Below are positions 39,396 to 51,341 of a stretch of 64,000 nucleotides of DNA, in pieces. Origin of the DNA: an uncultured Enterobacteriaceae bacterium (GTDB lineage Bacteria > Pseudomonadota > Gammaproteobacteria > Burkholderiales > SG8-39). The position numbers were made by a program, and so were the translations under genes. Under the pieces are notes generated by a model. It saw only the letters and a list, made by a program, of their open reading frames with translations, was not told where the DNA came from and did no database searches. Location of the stretch: the NCBI GenBank assembly GCA_964651335.1, contig CAZYVT010000012.1, positions 14,318 to 78,317 of the forward strand, read 5' to 3'. How positions within the stretch are numbered: position 1 is the stretch's first letter; the number at the start of each line of letters is the position of its first letter.

Positions 39396-40436
39396 CTATG
39401 AAAACAGCCGCAGCGCCTCGGCGCTGCCGGTCGCGATTCCTTTCGCATCGAAAGCGCCGCGCACCGCATCGAGCTGCGCACTGATCGCCGCCACCGCGCG
39501 ATCATCGAGCGAATTGCCGTTGTCATCCACCAGGCTGCCGCCGAGCACCGCGGCAAGCTGGCGCGCGAACCCCGCCATGGAGTGGAACGAGCGCCGGAGA
39601 TCGGGGACGCGCGGCACGTCGAGCGACAATGAAACACCCGGCAACGCCGCATCCTTCATGGTCGCCGTCTCGAATCGCGTTCCATCCCGCGCACAGAGCG
39701 CAAACACGATCTGCCCGGCATCGCTACGCAGCGCGAAGCGGCCATCGTCGTCGAGCACCAGCCCCGACGCCTCGGCGACGGCTCGGATCTTGGATCCCGC
39801 AAGGGACCCATCCGCCGGAGCCGTAACATGAAAAACCACCTGGATATCCGAATCCCCGCAGAATCGATCGAGCTCGCGCGCCGCCTCGACAGACGGTTTG
39901 ATCTCGGGTGCGCTGACGGCAGCGCCGGTCGCCGCGGCAAGGGTCTCGACGGCCGCGCGAAACTCGATCAGTTCCGCCTCGCTCACCGTGCCGTCGCGCG
40001 TCACGAGTTGCAATCCGGCGCGAAACGCCTGCACAGCGGAGCTCTCGCCGCGGGCAAAACGACTCCACGCCATTCCGTCGCCGGAGCAGGCAAGGATCGC
40101 GCGCGCCGCATACCGGTGCTCGTGCGCCTTCCAGAGCTCGATCAGCCGGCTCGCGGCGACCGGCGCGGAGAACGAAAGCTCCACGACGTAATCGATTCGC
40201 GGATCCGGCAGTGCGGCGGGCGACGGCGCCGCTGCACGCGCGGCCCCCCGGTGCGGCTCAGCCAGCACCGGCTCGATGCGAACCGACTGCGGTTCCAGCA
40301 GCACGTCGGCATGGGCCGACCGGAACGAGGCTTCCGCAGCGCGGTGCGCAGCACGCTCCTGTCGCCGGTTGTACGCGAATACTCCGACGACGACGATCGC
40401 GCCGATCACCAGGAGTCCAAGCTGGAGGTCGCTCAT
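39396..40436 (-). CDS. zipA: Cell division protein ZipA-like (betaproteobacterial type)
   Basis: N-terminal membrane anchor, LDVPRV, LVDDNG, C-terminal ALRLFS; between smc and ligA. Confidence 0.85.
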   Translation of the reverse strand: MSDLQLGLLVIGAIVVVGVFAYNRRQERAAHRAAEASFRSAHADVLLEPQSVRIEPVLAEPHRGAARAAAPSPAALPDPRIDYVVELSFSAPVAASRLIELWKAHEHRYAARAILACSGDGMAWSRFARGESSAVQAFRAGLQLVTRDGTVSEAELIEFRAAVETLAAATGAAVSAPEIKPSVEAARELDRFCGDSDIQVVFHVTAPADGSLAGSKIRAVAEASGLVLDDDGRFALRSDAGQIVFALCARDGTRFETATMKDAALPGVSLSLDVPRVPDLRRSFHSMAGFARQLAAVLGGSLVDDNGNSLDDRAVAAISAQLDAVRGAFDAKGIATGSAEALRLFS

Positions 40437-40477
40437 GTTCCGGCAACGTGGTACATGGAAAGCCTGCCCGGGGCCTT

Positions 40478-43400
40478 CTAGGCCGCGAGCTCCTCGCGGA
40501 GCCGCAGCGCCTCCTCGATGTCGACCGCGACGATACGCGATACGCCGGACTCCGGCATGGTGACGCCAATCAGCTGCCCCGCCATCTCCATCGTGATCTT
40601 GTTGTGGCTGATGAACAGGAACTGCGTATGCGCCGACATCTTCTGCACGAGGTCGCAGAAGCGGCCGGTATTGGTGTCGTCCAGCGGCGCATCGACTTCG
40701 TCGAGCAGGCAGAACGGGGCCGGATTGAGCTGAAACAGCGCGAACACGAGAGCAATCGCGGTGAGCGCCTTCTCCCCTCCCGAGAGCAGGTGGATCGTGG
40801 TGTTCCGCTTGCCCGGCGGCTGCGCCATCACCTGCACCCCCGCGTCCAGGATCTCCTCGCCGGTCATGATCAGCCTGGCTTCTCCGCCGCCGAAGAGCAC
40901 CGGAAACAGCGCGCCGAAATGCTGGTTGACGCTGGCGAAGGTGTCGCGCAGCAGGCCGCGTGTTTCGCGATCGATGCGCCGGATCGCGTCCTCGAGCGTC
41001 TTCACGGCCTCGTCAAGGTCGGTGGCCTGCGCATCGAGGAAGTTCTTGCGCTCGACGCTGGTGTCCAGCTCTTCGAGCGCGGCGAGATTCACCGCTCCGA
41101 GATCCTGGAGGGCCTGAGCGATGCGCGTGATCTCCCCCTGCAGAGCGGAAGGACGCGGCGCGCGCTCGAACTCGCCCGCCAGCCGGCCCTCATCCGCGTT
41201 CGCCTCGCGCAACTGCTCGGCATACTGGTCATGGTTGATCTGCGCGGCCTGTTCCTTCAGCTTGAACTCACCCAGGCGCTCGCGCAGCGGCGCGATCCGG
41301 GTTTCCACCTGCAGCCGATGCTCCTCGAATCCGCGCAGCACCGCGGCCGCTGCTTCCACCGATTCGCGGGCACTCGCAAGCGCGCTTTCGCAATCGATGC
41401 GTGCTCCGACGGCGGCCTCGAGCGCGTGCCGCACGGCCGGCACCGGGTCCACGGAAAGCTCTTCGACCAGCTTCGCCAACTCGTCCTCGGCGCGGCCGAT
41501 CTGCTGATCGACCATGCGCACCGACGTGTCAAGCTCCGAGACCTTGGACGCGCATTCGCGTTCCGCGAACACCGCGTCCTGCGCCTCTCGCTCGGCACGC
41601 TGCAAGGCGTGTCGCCGTTCGCCGAGCTCGGTCTCCGCTGCCGCGTACGCGATCCTGACGGAACCCAGCGCAGCGCGCGCCGCTTCGATTTCGCCCGCGA
41701 CTCGTGCGAGCGCAGCCCGGCATTCTTCGAGGCGCGATGCGCCTCCCTCGGCCTCGACCGCAATCTCCGCCGCCTCCGCGCGAATCTGGGCGGTTCGCTC
41801 CTGATAGCGCTCGAGCGCCTGGCTGCGCTTGAGTCGTTCGATTTCCGCCGCATGCTTGTCCGACTGGAGCGCGGCAATCGTCGAGCGCGCTTCATCGAGC
41901 GCCGCCTGGCGCGCCGCCATCGCCGAGTCCAGGCTCGCGGCTACCGTGCGAGCCGCCGCGGCGTGCGCCGCGAGTTCCTTGCCACGGATTTGCAGCGCGT
42001 CGATCTCCGCCTGGCGTACGAGTATTCCCGCATCAGCGGGGTCCGGCGCGTGGAAGCTTACCGTGCTGCGCGTGAACTGGTCGCCGTTGCGGCCGACCAC
42101 CACGATCCCTGCGGCGAGCGCCTGGCGCGCCTTTGCGTCAGGCGCCTCTCCGACCGCGTAGACGCCAAAAAACCAATCGTCCAACGCCCCGGCGATCGCC
42201 GCGTCTGTGGCATGAACCTTCTGTGCCAATGGCGTATAGCCGGAAAGCGGCGCAGGCGCAGAGGCGCCACCCGGCGCGAAGGCGCTTGCCTTGACCGGGG
42301 GCCGGTCCGTACCCAGCGCGTTCAATCCCGCGGCATCGGCAACCTGGAGCGCATGAAGGCGTTCGCGCAGAACCGCCTCGACCGCCGTTTCCCATCCCGG
42401 ATCGATGCGGATCTTCTGCCACAGGCGCGGCAGCGAGCCAAGGCTGCGACGCTCGAGCCAGTCATGCAACGGCGCATTGTCGTCGGCCGCCGCCTGTACC
42501 TGCAAAAGGGTCGCGAGCTGCGCCTCGGCAGCCGTCTGTGCGCGAGCGGCGGCTGCGACCCCGTCTGCGGCGGCGGCGCGTCGCGCATCGAGCGCTGCGG
42601 CGTCCGCCTGCATTTCGTCCAGACGCACGAGCGCACCGCCAAGCGCCGAATCAAGTTCGGCCAGACGCCGCTCGGCGTCCAACGTCCGCTGCGAATCGGG
42701 CTCCTCGAGCGATCGAAGTTCCACGTCGAGACGGTCGCGCCGCTGCGCGAGCGATTGCTGCTGCTGTTCCAGGTGCGCGAGGTTGGAATTCTCAAGTTGC
42801 AGATTGCTTTCCAGCCGCAGCAGGCGGTTGCGCGCCTCATCCAGGCGCTCCTGTGCGGCGCGATCAGCCTGCTCGGCTTCCGGTGCACGCCCGGTCTCCG
42901 TGGCGAGCCGCTGCTGCGTCTCGTCAACTCGTTGGCGCATCCCTTCCGAGCGTGCGGCCCACGTGTGCAATGCCTGCGTAAATTGGGCCCGCTGCTCACG
43001 CCAGGCGGTGAGCTGCGCGCGGCGTTCCGTTTCCTGGCTCTCCAACCGCTGCCGGGTCTCCTCCACGTGCCTGAGCTCCGACTCGTGCCGCGCGACCTCC
43101 GCGTTGGCAGCGTAAAGCGCCGCCTGCGCGGCGTTCAGCGCGTCCCCCGCCTGATAATGCGCGGCGCGCGCAGTCTCGATCCGGCTCTCGGTCTCGCGCA
43201 GTCGCGCGGTGTCGGCCTCCATCTCGTTTGTGACCCGCGCGACCTCCTGCGCGTGGCGGTCGCGCTCGGCTGCGGCTTCCCTGCGGCGCACGTACCACAA
43301 CAGCTGCTGCCTGAAGTGCAGATCCTGCTGGTACTCCTTGTAGCGCGAGGCGACCTGTGCCTGCGCCTCGAGTTTTTCGATCTGTGCACCGAGCTCCTGG

Positions 43401-43993
43401 CGGATGTCGTTGACGCGTAGCAGATTTTCGCGCGTCCCGGCGAGCCGGCTTTCGGTTTCCTTGCGACGCTCCCGGTAGCGCGAAACCCCGGCGGCTTCTT
43501 CGAGGAAGACCCGCAGCTCCTCGGGTCTCGCCTCGATGACGCGCGAAATCATGCCCTGCTCGATAATCGCGTACGCCCGCGGCCCCAGCCCAGTTCCGAG
43601 GAACATGTCGGTCACGTCTCGCCGCCGGACGTGCATGTTGTTGATGAAATAGGACGACTCTGCATCACGCTGCAGCACACGCTTGACCGAAATCTCGGCG
43701 TATTGCGACCACTGCCCGGCGGCACGCCCCAGGGAGTTGTCGAAGCTCAGCTCGACTGCCGCGCGGGCGAGCGGCTTGCGCTGACTCGAGCCGTTGAAGA
43801 TCACATCCTGCATGGAGTCGCCGCGCAGCGCCGAAGCGCGGGACTCACCCAGCACCCAGCGCACGGCATCGATCACGTTCGACTTGCCGCAGCCGTTGGG
43901 CCCTACGATGCCCACCAGCTGCCCGGGTACATGGACCGCGGTGGGATCGACGAAGGACTTGAAGCCGGATAACCTGATCTGCGTGAGGCGCAC
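40478..43993 (-). CDS. smc: Chromosome segregation protein SMC
   Basis: [14 protein letters not shown], long coiled coils, [17 protein letters not shown]; GTG start at 43993. Confidence 0.97.
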   Translation of the reverse strand: MRLTQIRLSGFKSFVDPTAVHVPGQLVGIVGPNGCGKSNVIDAVRWVLGESRASALRGDSMQDVIFNGSSQRKPLARAAVELSFDNSLGRAAGQWSQYAEISVKRVLQRDAESSYFINNMHVRRRDVTDMFLGTGLGPRAYAIIEQGMISRVIEARPEELRVFLEEAAGVSRYRERRKETESRLAGTRENLLRVNDIRQELGAQIEKLEAQAQVASRYKEYQQDLHFRQQLLWYVRRREAAAERDRHAQEVARVTNEMEADTARLRETESRIETARAAHYQAGDALNAAQAALYAANAEVARHESELRHVEETRQRLESQETERRAQLTAWREQRAQFTQALHTWAARSEGMRQRVDETQQRLATETGRAPEAEQADRAAQERLDEARNRLLRLESNLQLENSNLAHLEQQQQSLAQRRDRLDVELRSLEEPDSQRTLDAERRLAELDSALGGALVRLDEMQADAAALDARRAAAADGVAAAARAQTAAEAQLATLLQVQAAADDNAPLHDWLERRSLGSLPRLWQKIRIDPGWETAVEAVLRERLHALQVADAAGLNALGTDRPPVKASAFAPGGASAPAPLSGYTPLAQKVHATDAAIAGALDDWFFGVYAVGEAPDAKARQALAAGIVVVGRNGDQFTRSTVSFHAPDPADAGILVRQAEIDALQIRGKELAAHAAAARTVAASLDSAMAARQAALDEARSTIAALQSDKHAAEIERLKRSQALERYQERTAQIRAEAAEIAVEAEGGASRLEECRAALARVAGEIEAARAALGSVRIAYAAAETELGERRHALQRAEREAQDAVFAERECASKVSELDTSVRMVDQQIGRAEDELAKLVEELSVDPVPAVRHALEAAVGARIDCESALASARESVEAAAAVLRGFEEHRLQVETRIAPLRERLGEFKLKEQAAQINHDQYAEQLREANADEGRLAGEFERAPRPSALQGEITRIAQALQDLGAVNLAALEELDTSVERKNFLDAQATDLDEAVKTLEDAIRRIDRETRGLLRDTFASVNQHFGALFPVLFGGGEARLIMTGEEILDAGVQVMAQPPGKRNTTIHLLSGGEKALTAIALVFALFQLNPAPFCLLDEVDAPLDDTNTGRFCDLVQKMSAHTQFLFISHNKITMEMAGQLIGVTMPESGVSRIVAVDIEEALRLREELAA

Positions 43994-44110
43994 TGGGCTC
44001 GCGTCGTCTCTGGAATTCCAAAATCGCGGCGCGGCGCAAGCACCGCGGAAGAACGGCGCGTTATGATAGCATCTTCGCGCTCTTTTCCTGCTGCCCGATC
44101 CTCGGTTCCG

Positions 44111-44536
44111 ATGCCCTCGCGCCCCAGCAAGCGCCTGCAGACGTTTCGCAATCCCTCGGCTGGACGCGACTACCGCATCCAGATCGAGATCCCCGAATTC
44201 ACGTGCCTCTGCCCCATGACCGGACAACCCGATTTCGCGACACTGGTACTCGACTACGTGCCCGACCGGACCTGCATCGAACTCAAATCGCTCAAGCTCT
44301 ATATCTGGTCGTTCCGCGACCAAGGCGCGTTTCATGAGGCGGTGACGAATCGAATGCTCGACGATCTGGTGCGTGCCGCGCGCCCGCGATATATGCGGCT
44401 GACGGCGCGCTTCAGACCGCGCGGCGGACTGTTCACCCGTGTCGTTGCAGAGCACCGGAAACGCGGCTGGAAGCCGGCGCCTGCGATCGCGCTCGAACAG
44501 CTTCCGGCGGCGCCCGAACCGGGCAGCGCAGGATGA
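44111..44536 (+). CDS. queF: PreQ0 reductase QueF (short, unimodular type)
   Basis: [32 protein letters not shown]. Confidence 0.93.
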   Translation: MPSRPSKRLQTFRNPSAGRDYRIQIEIPEFTCLCPMTGQPDFATLVLDYVPDRTCIELKSLKLYIWSFRDQGAFHEAVTNRMLDDLVRAARPRYMRLTARFRPRGGLFTRVVAEHRKRGWKPAPAIALEQLPAAPEPGSAG

Positions 44537-45726
44537 ACCCGCTGCTCGCCCAACTGCAGCCTTATCCATTCGAGAAGCTGCGGGCCCTGATCGCCGGCGT
44601 GACGCCGCACCGGGCGCTCGGCGCGATCAACCTGTCGATCGGCGAGCCGAAACACCCGACTCCGGAGTTGATCCGGTCCGCGTTCGCCGGCGCGCTCGGC
44701 GGCCTGGCTGCCTATCCGGCCACCGCCGGGCTGCCTGCGCTGCGACTGGCGATCGCCGAGTGGCTTGCGCGACGCTATGCACTGCCGGGCATCGATCCCG
44801 CGACACAGGTGCTTCCGGTCAACGGATCGCGTGAGGCGCTGTTTGCGTTCGCCCAGGCCGTGATCGATCCACAAGGCGGCCGCGCGCTCGCCGCCTGTCC
44901 CAATCCGTTCTATCAGATCTACGAGGGCGCGGCGCTGCTCGCCGGCGCGACACCCGTATTTCTGAATTCCCGGGCGGCCAGCGGCCATCGCCTGGATCCG
45001 GATTCGCTGCCGGATTCGACGTGGCGGGACGTACAGCTCCTCTATGCATGCTCGCCGGGCAACCCGACCGGAACCGTGCTCCGAATCGACGATTGGAGGC
45101 GCCTGTTCGAGCTCTCCGACCGTCACGGCTTCGTGATCGCCTCGGACGAATGCTATTCCGAGCTCTACTATGACGAGCACAGTCCACCCCTGGGAGCGCT
45201 GCAGGCCGCCCACATGCTCGGCCGCGAGGGTTTCCCGCGGCTGGTCGTATTCTCGAGCCTGTCCAAACGCTCGAACGTTCCGGGCATGCGCTCCGGGTTC
45301 GTCGCCGGCGACGCGGCGCTTCTGAAGAGCTTTCTCCTCTATCGAACCTATCACGGATCTGCGATGGGCCTCGCCGTGCAGCAGGCCTCGATTGCCGCGT
45401 GGCGCGACGAAACGCACGTCCGCGAGAACCGCAGGCTGTACGCGGAGAAGTACCGCTCGGCGATGCCGCTGGTGAAAGCGCCTCTCCAGACCTCGCTACC
45501 CGAGGGTGGCTTTTACCTGTGGATACGAACGCCCATCGACGACTGCGACTTCGCCCGGCTGTTGCACCGCGACTATAATGTGCTCGTTCTGCCCGGCAGC
45601 TACCTGGCGCGCGAGGCGCACGCCGAAAATCCCGGCAAGGGATTCATCCGCGTCGCGCTGGTCGCGCCGCTTGCCGAATGCGTCGAGGCGTTTGAGCGCA
45701 TCCGCGACTTTGCCCGCATGCTCTGA
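44533..45726 (+). CDS. dapC: Succinyldiaminopimelate transaminase
   Basis: [38 protein letters not shown]; upstream of dapD. Confidence 0.94.
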   Translation: MNPLLAQLQPYPFEKLRALIAGVTPHRALGAINLSIGEPKHPTPELIRSAFAGALGGLAAYPATAGLPALRLAIAEWLARRYALPGIDPATQVLPVNGSREALFAFAQAVIDPQGGRALAACPNPFYQIYEGAALLAGATPVFLNSRAASGHRLDPDSLPDSTWRDVQLLYACSPGNPTGTVLRIDDWRRLFELSDRHGFVIASDECYSELYYDEHSPPLGALQAAHMLGREGFPRLVVFSSLSKRSNVPGMRSGFVAGDAALLKSFLLYRTYHGSAMGLAVQQASIAAWRDETHVRENRRLYAEKYRSAMPLVKAPLQTSLPEGGFYLWIRTPIDDCDFARLLHRDYNVLVLPGSYLAREAHAENPGKGFIRVALVAPLAECVEAFERIRDFARML

Positions 45727-45728
45727 GA

Positions 45729-46550
45729 ATGGACGGCGCCAGAAAGACCATTGAACAGGCTTGGGAATCGCGCGCGCAACTGAATCCCGCCTCCGCGCCC
45801 GGACCGCTGCGTGACGCGATCAGCGAAGCGATTGCCGGCCTGGACTCGGGGCGGCTGCGCGTCGCGGAGAGGGCCCCTGCGGGCTGGGTGACCCACCAGT
45901 GGCTGAAGATGGCGGTGCTGCTTTCCTTCCGCATCGAGGATAACCGGCTGCTGCCGGGAGCATCGACCAACTACTACGACAAGGTCCCGGGCAAGTTCGA
46001 CTCCTATGACGCGGCGACCTTTGCGGCGGGAGGCTTCCGGGTGGTGCCTCCCGCGATGGTGCGGCGCGGGGCCTATATCGCAAGGAACGTCGTGCTGATG
46101 CCCTCCTACGTCAATATCGGCGCCTACGTGGACGAGGGAACGATGGTGGATACCTGGGCCACGGTAGGTTCCTGCGCGCAGATCGGAAAGAACGTGCATC
46201 TGTCCGGGGGTGCAGGGATCGGCGGAGTGCTCGAACCGCTGCAGGCAAACCCCGTGATCATCGAGGACAATTGCTTTATCGGGGCGCGATCGGAAGTGGT
46301 CGAGGGCGTCCTCGTCGAGGAGAACAGCGTCATCTCGATGGGTGTGTACATCGGTCAAAGTACGAAGATATTTGACCGCGAGACGGGCGAGATCATCTAC
46401 GGCCGGGTCCCCGCGGGCTCCGTGGTCGTGCCCGGCACCCTGCCATCGCCCGACGGCCGCTACGGCCTGTACTGCGCGGTGATCGTCAAGCGCGTGGACG
46501 CCAGGACCCGCGCCAAGACCAGCCCCAACGAGCTGCTGCGCGGGGAGTAG
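45729..46550 (+). CDS. dapD: Tetrahydrodipicolinate N-succinyltransferase
   Basis: [41 protein letters not shown]. Confidence 0.97.
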   Translation: MDGARKTIEQAWESRAQLNPASAPGPLRDAISEAIAGLDSGRLRVAERAPAGWVTHQWLKMAVLLSFRIEDNRLLPGASTNYYDKVPGKFDSYDAATFAAGGFRVVPPAMVRRGAYIARNVVLMPSYVNIGAYVDEGTMVDTWATVGSCAQIGKNVHLSGGAGIGGVLEPLQANPVIIEDNCFIGARSEVVEGVLVEENSVISMGVYIGQSTKIFDRETGEIIYGRVPAGSVVVPGTLPSPDGRYGLYCAVIVKRVDARTRAKTSPNELLRGE

Positions 46551-46600
46551 CGGGCGCCGTTGGGCTACACTAACGGCATCGAAATCGGCGGGGGGCGCCT

Positions 46601-47794
46601 ATGTCCGCAATGAAGCGGTTGTTGCAGCTGATGGCAGAGAAGAACGCGTCGGATATCTACCTGTCGGTCGGTGCACCGATCAACATCAAGATCAACGGTG
46701 TCGCGGTGCCGGTGAACCAGACGATCATGAATGCCGACGCGGTAAAGCAGTTGATCCACGAGATCCTCACCGAGAAGCAGATCCGCGTCTATGAAGACGA
46801 AATGGAGCTGAACACGGGTTACTTCTTCGAAGGGGTCGGCAACTACCGGATCAGCGCCTTCCAGCAGAAGGGATCGCCCGCGCTGGTGGTGCGCTACATT
46901 CCGAGCAGCGTACCGCCCATCGACACGCTGAGCCTGCCCGAGACGCTGAAAGACATCATCATGCAGAAGCGCGGCCTGGTGTTGATGGTCGGCGCCACGG
47001 GCTCGGGCAAGACGACCTCGATCGCGGCAATGCTCGATTACCGCAACGGGCAGAAATCGGGCCACATCCTGACGCTCGAGGATCCGATCGAGTTCGTCTT
47101 CACAAGCAAGAAGTCGATCGTCAATCAGCGCGAGGTGGGCACGGACACGAAGGTGTTCCAGACCGCCCTCAAGAACGCGCTGCGCCAGGCGCCGGATTGC
47201 ATCCTCATCGGCGAAATCCGCGACCGGGAGGCCATGACTTCGGCGCTGCAGTACGCGCAATCGGGCCACCTCTGCCTCGCGACCCTGCATGCGAACAACA
47301 GTTACCACGCGCTGAACCGGATCATCAGCTTCTACCCACTGGAAAACCGCGCCACGCTGCTGCTCGACCTTTCGGCCAGCCTGCAGGCGATCATCTCGCA
47401 GCGCCTGGTGCGCACCAAGATCGGAACGCGCAAACCGGCGATCGAGGTCCTGCTCAACACCCGCCACGTTGCCGAGCTGATCGAAAAGGGCGAGGTGAAC
47501 GAAATCAAGGATGCGATGGAAAAAAGCATGGCGCCCGGCTCGCAGACCTTCGAGCAGGCCTTGTTCAAGCTCTTCACGGATGGCCAAATCACGCAGGATG
47601 AAGCGATGGCCAACGCCGATTCGCCCACCAACATGCTCTGGCTGATCAACCAGGCGACCGCGGGCCAGCTCAGCACCGGACAGGTCCCGGCGGCGTCCGT
47701 GGATGAGAAGAAGCCGGAGAAGAACGAAAGACTTCTTGCGGCAAACGCCGCCGAAACCTCGTTCGTCGACATCAAGATCGACATGACGACCTGA
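46601..47794 (+). CDS. PilT/PilU-family type IV pilus ATPase (PilU-like)
   Basis: [50 protein letters not shown]. Confidence 0.92.
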   Translation: MSAMKRLLQLMAEKNASDIYLSVGAPINIKINGVAVPVNQTIMNADAVKQLIHEILTEKQIRVYEDEMELNTGYFFEGVGNYRISAFQQKGSPALVVRYIPSSVPPIDTLSLPETLKDIIMQKRGLVLMVGATGSGKTTSIAAMLDYRNGQKSGHILTLEDPIEFVFTSKKSIVNQREVGTDTKVFQTALKNALRQAPDCILIGEIRDREAMTSALQYAQSGHLCLATLHANNSYHALNRIISFYPLENRATLLLDLSASLQAIISQRLVRTKIGTRKPAIEVLLNTRHVAELIEKGEVNEIKDAMEKSMAPGSQTFEQALFKLFTDGQITQDEAMANADSPTNMLWLINQATAGQLSTGQVPAASVDEKKPEKNERLLAANAAETSFVDIKIDMTT

Positions 47795-47804
47795 GGCGGG
47801 CGCG

Positions 47805-48932
47805 TTGTCGGGAGCGCTCGAACTCGCCCAGGCCCTGATCGCCCGCAGGTCCGTGACCCCCGACGACGCGGGGTGTCAGGCCCTGCTCGGATCGCGCCTC
47901 GAGGCAGCCGGTTTTTCGTGCGAGACGATCCGCTGCGGCGCCGTGACCAACCTCTGGGCGCGCCGCGGCGCAGCGGCGCCCCTCGTCTGCTTCGCCGGAC
48001 ACACCGACGTGGTTCCGCCCGGACCCCTCGAGCAGTGGGAAACCGACCCCTTCGTTCCGACGATCAGGGGCGCCCGGCTCTATGGACGCGGCGCGGCGGA
48101 CATGAAGTCCTCGATCGCGTCCTTTGTGGTCGCGGCGGAAGATTTCGTGCGGGAGCAGCCTGCACACTCCGGCTCGATCGCGCTTCTGATCACGTCGGAC
48201 GAGGAAGGGCCGTCGCTAGACGGGACCGTACGCGTGGTGGAACGGCTGAAGGCACGCCGCGAACAGATCGAATACTGCGTCGTCGGCGAACCGTCCTCGG
48301 TCAACGCGCTCGGGGACACGATCAAGAACGGGCGGCGCGGCTCGCTCTCGGGCCGCCTCACCGTGCGCGGCGTTCAGGGACATGTCGCGTATCCGCATCT
48401 CGCGCGAAATCCGATTCACCTCCTTGCCCCGGCGCTCGCCGAGCTCACCGCCATGAACTGGGATGACGGCAACGAGTATTTTCCGGCCACCACGTGGCAG
48501 GTATCGAACATCCATGCGGGGGCCGGTGTGGGGAACATCATCCCTGGTTCGCTCCAGCTCGACTTCAATTTCCGCTTCTCTACGGCCAGCACCGAGGCCT
48601 CGCTCAGGGAACGGCTGGAGTCGATGCTGCGCGGGCACAGTCTCGACCATTCGATCGAGTGGACCCTGGGGGGTAAACCGTTCCTGACGCGGCGCGGCGA
48701 GCTGGTCGAGATCGTCACGCGCGCAGTGCAGGCGCATACCGGGCGAATCCCCGAACTCTCGACGGCCGGCGGAACCTCGGATGGCCGTTTCATCGCCGAC
48801 ATCTGCCCCGAGATCGTCGAGCTCGGGCCGGTCAACGCGAGCGTCCACCAGTTGAACGAGCACATCGAGCTCGCCGCCTTCGATCTGTTGCCGAAGATCT
48901 ATCTCGACACGCTACGGGCGCTTCTGCCTTGA
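47805..48932 (+). CDS. dapE: Succinyl-diaminopimelate desuccinylase
   Basis: [37 protein letters not shown]. Confidence 0.96.
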   Translation: MSGALELAQALIARRSVTPDDAGCQALLGSRLEAAGFSCETIRCGAVTNLWARRGAAAPLVCFAGHTDVVPPGPLEQWETDPFVPTIRGARLYGRGAADMKSSIASFVVAAEDFVREQPAHSGSIALLITSDEEGPSLDGTVRVVERLKARREQIEYCVVGEPSSVNALGDTIKNGRRGSLSGRLTVRGVQGHVAYPHLARNPIHLLAPALAELTAMNWDDGNEYFPATTWQVSNIHAGAGVGNIIPGSLQLDFNFRFSTASTEASLRERLESMLRGHSLDHSIEWTLGGKPFLTRRGELVEIVTRAVQAHTGRIPELSTAGGTSDGRFIADICPEIVELGPVNASVHQLNEHIELAAFDLLPKIYLDTLRALLP

Positions 48933-49807
48933 CCGTCGGGGAGTTGCTGCGCGAGACCGCGCGGCGTTTCCGCGCCGCGGATCTGCATTTCGGACACGGG
49001 ACGGCGAACGCGCGCGATGAGGCGGCGTGGCTCGTCGGACACGTGCTCGGCATGCATCCCGGTGACGTTCATCTCCATCGCGACCGGCCGCTGGTCCCGC
49101 ACCAGGTCTCTCGCATCCGGCGGTTCGCCGAGCGACGTGTGCACGAGCGCATTCCCCTTGCCTATCTGCTGCGCGAAGCGTGGCTCGACGATCGCCGATT
49201 CTACGTGGACCGCCGCGTCATCGTGCCGCGCTCGTTCATCTCGGAACTACTGCGCGAGCGGTTGCGCCCATGGCTGCGGCGCCCAGTGCGCCGCGCGCTC
49301 GACCTGTGCACCGGGTCGGGATGCCTTGCCGTTCTCGTCGCGCAGGCGTTTCCGCGCGCGCGCATTGACGCGACAGATTTCTCTGCAGAGGCATTAAAGG
49401 TCGCGCGAATCAATGTCGCCCGTCACCGTCTCGGACGCCGCATCCGGCTGCTCCGCTCCGACCTGTTCGAGGCGCTGGGGCGGCAGCGCTACGACTTGAT
49501 CCTGACCAATCCGCCCTACGTGGCCGCGCGCACCATGCGCGCGTTGCCGCGCGAGTATCGACATGAACCGGCCAGTGCGCTCGCCGCCGGAAGGGACGGC
49601 CTGGATTCGGTACGTAGAATTCTCGTCGAGGCGCGAGCATATCTCGCGCCGAAAGGCCTGCTCATTTGCGAAGTCGGAGACTCGCGCCGCGCGCTTGAAC
49701 GCGCCTATCCGAGGCTCCCATTCGCCTGGCCGGAAACGAGCGATCCAGGCGGCTGTGTTTTCGTTCTCGAGCGCGAACAGTTGCCGGCGGTTGGAACAGT
49801 GGGGTGA
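48929..49807 (+). CDS. prmB: 50S ribosomal protein L3 N5-glutamine methyltransferase
   Basis: [41 protein letters not shown]. Confidence 0.94.
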   Translation: MTVGELLRETARRFRAADLHFGHGTANARDEAAWLVGHVLGMHPGDVHLHRDRPLVPHQVSRIRRFAERRVHERIPLAYLLREAWLDDRRFYVDRRVIVPRSFISELLRERLRPWLRRPVRRALDLCTGSGCLAVLVAQAFPRARIDATDFSAEALKVARINVARHRLGRRIRLLRSDLFEALGRQRYDLILTNPPYVAARTMRALPREYRHEPASALAAGRDGLDSVRRILVEARAYLAPKGLLICEVGDSRRALERAYPRLPFAWPETSDPGGCVFVLEREQLPAVGTVG

Positions 49808-49829
49808 CCGATGGGACTCGAACCCACAA
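49800..49829 (-). repeat. Displaced 3' fragment of tRNA-His (att direct repeat)
   Basis: tggggtgaccgatgggactcgaacccacaa matches 52863-52892 at 29 of 30 nt. Confidence 0.92.
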
Positions 49830-50002
49830 GCATGGCGAAGGCAAGGAGCGGGAAGCGGACCAAGGGCGACCAGTGACTATACGGTTGTCTTCGCGTTTTT
49901 GCTTTGTGCCATCGCGCTCGCCGCGACGCCGTTCAACTTCAGTGCGCATTCCTGCACCGAGTGCGTTAACATGGGTGCCTCGGTACCCATCTGTGACATA
50001 CC

Positions 50003-50185
50003 ATGTCGGCCATCGCTCCGAAATCTAACCGCCCGAAGCGAGCTGTTTTCAGAACTTCTTTTCTTGCAGAAGCGGAGCGTCGCGGACTGGTGGGTGCAAT
50101 CACGGGACCGAGTGATCTCGCCGAGCACCGACGGCGCTATATGAAGCGCGTTCTGCGTGCTCGCACCCGCGCGGCTGCTCGTTGA
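50003..50185 (+). CDS. Putative VapB-type antitoxin
   Basis: 60-aa ORF overlapping the PIN gene; GLVG..TGPSDLA...RRY C-terminus resembles antitoxins paired with this PIN class. Confidence 0.6.
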   Translation: MSAIAPKSNRPKRAVFRTSFLAEAERRGLVGAITGPSDLAEHRRRYMKRVLRARTRAAAR

Positions 50186-50579
50186 TGCGGGGCCGCTTGT
50201 CGCGCTGTTCAATCGGCGGGATAGCTGGCACAGGCAAGCGCGCGACTTTTTCGGTGCATTTCACGGCACCTTGGTGACGACGTGGCCCGTTCTTGCCGAA
50301 GCCGCCCATTTCATAGCGCCACGCACTCCCGCGTTGCTCGATCTTGTCGACGCGAAAAGAATCGAGATCGTTGAGGTGCCGGGATCGGCAGCCCGCGTTG
50401 CGGCGCTGATGCGCACTTATTCGGATCTTCCCATGGACCTTGCTGACGCGACGCTTGTCGCGGCGGCTGAGCGCGTGGATCTCAACGAAATCCTCACGCT
50501 CGATCGTCATTTCCATGTCTACCGATTGCGCGTCAGAGGTGCGTTTACGGTATGGTCGCTCGAAATGCTTGGATCTTGA
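50157..50579 (+). CDS. VapC-family PIN-domain toxin
   Basis: LLVDAGPLVAL, TTWPVLAEA, PMDLADATLV, ILTLDRHF; acidic catalytic residues are present. Confidence 0.88.
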   Translation: MLAPARLLVDAGPLVALFNRRDSWHRQARDFFGAFHGTLVTTWPVLAEAAHFIAPRTPALLDLVDAKRIEIVEVPGSAARVAALMRTYSDLPMDLADATLVAAAERVDLNEILTLDRHFHVYRLRVRGAFTVWSLEMLGS

Positions 50580-50611
50580 TGTACGTGAACCTGGACGATT
50601 ACCATTCATGA
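50579..50611 (+). pseudogene. C-terminal remnant of a HigB-type toxin
   Basis: Reads (M)YVNLDDYHS*, resembling the HigB C-terminal V.L.DYH motif; ATGA overlap with higA. Confidence 0.5.
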
Positions 50612-50865
50612 AGAGCATGCGAGATCGGAAGCGGAAACCCACCCACCCCGGAGAAGTGCTTCGCCAGGACGTACTGCCGGCGCTCAAGATAACGCAGGGC
50701 GAGATCGCCAAGCGCCTGGGCGTAAGCCGCCTGAGCGTGTCGGACCTGCTTCACGGAAAGCGCGCGCTCTCGGCCGACATGGCCATGCGCATCGGTCGAC
50801 TGACGAACACCTCGGCGGAGAGCTGGCTGCGGATGCAAGCCACGGTCGATCTCTGGGAGCTGTAA
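50608..50865 (+). CDS. higA: HigA-family antitoxin (HTH-XRE)
   Basis: PTHPGEVL, AKRLGVSR, LSADMAMRIG, SAESWLRMQ..VDLW. Confidence 0.9.
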   Translation: MKSMRDRKRKPTHPGEVLRQDVLPALKITQGEIAKRLGVSRLSVSDLLHGKRALSADMAMRIGRLTNTSAESWLRMQATVDLWEL

Positions 50866-50915
50866 TGCTGGCACGATGCTTTTGGCCCGCCCGTTCCACC
50901 TAAAGTGGGGCATGA

Positions 50916-51314
50916 CTACTTTATTGGGGCCCAGAAAACTCCCTCTTTGGAATCTTCTGAGATATACCAAGAAACGCCGGTGTTTGTGTTCATCAATATG
51001 GTCACTTGCGCACGGACGCCGCTAAGAAAAATCTGGTAGTTGACCTTGCCCTGCACTCTTGAGTCATTGGGCAGACCAATCCTCTCTATGGGTTGCCATG
51101 TAAAGTCACCTTTTTTCTTTGAAACAAACTGCCATGTATCTCCAGTAACGCGGTCCAGTCTAAAAGTGAGCTTCGCAAGCAGCGGAGATTGGACAATTTC
51201 AAATCGTGCCGACGCAGGGACCGTTGACGACAGGCTTACTGCACTCTCCTGAGCGGCTGAGGGCGCGCACATGAGTATCAAAACGCACGTTGCAAGAAAC
51301 AGTTTGTACCGCAT
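50916..51314 (-). CDS. Hypothetical exported protein
   Basis: Signal peptide (MRYKLFLATC...SAA), beta-rich body with two similar units (LDRVTGDTWQ / MNTNTGVSWY). Confidence 0.65.
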   Translation of the reverse strand: MRYKLFLATCVLILMCAPSAAQESAVSLSSTVPASARFEIVQSPLLAKLTFRLDRVTGDTWQFVSKKKGDFTWQPIERIGLPNDSRVQGKVNYQIFLSGVRAQVTILMNTNTGVSWYISEDSKEGVFWAPIK

Positions 51315-51341
51315 GAAGTGCCTCGCGAACACGCTCTCGGG

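Noticed and set aside
40211-43420. 1069-aa ORF antisense to smc, and similar long antisense ORFs over guaA, guaB, bamA, glnD, infB and nusA
   Set aside because: Shadow ORFs produced by high-GC codon bias opposite well-supported genes; no recognisable motifs
43994-44569. 192-aa N-terminal extension of the SMC ORF
   Set aside because: It overlaps queF on the opposite strand; SMC homology begins at GTG 43993 ([14 protein letters not shown])
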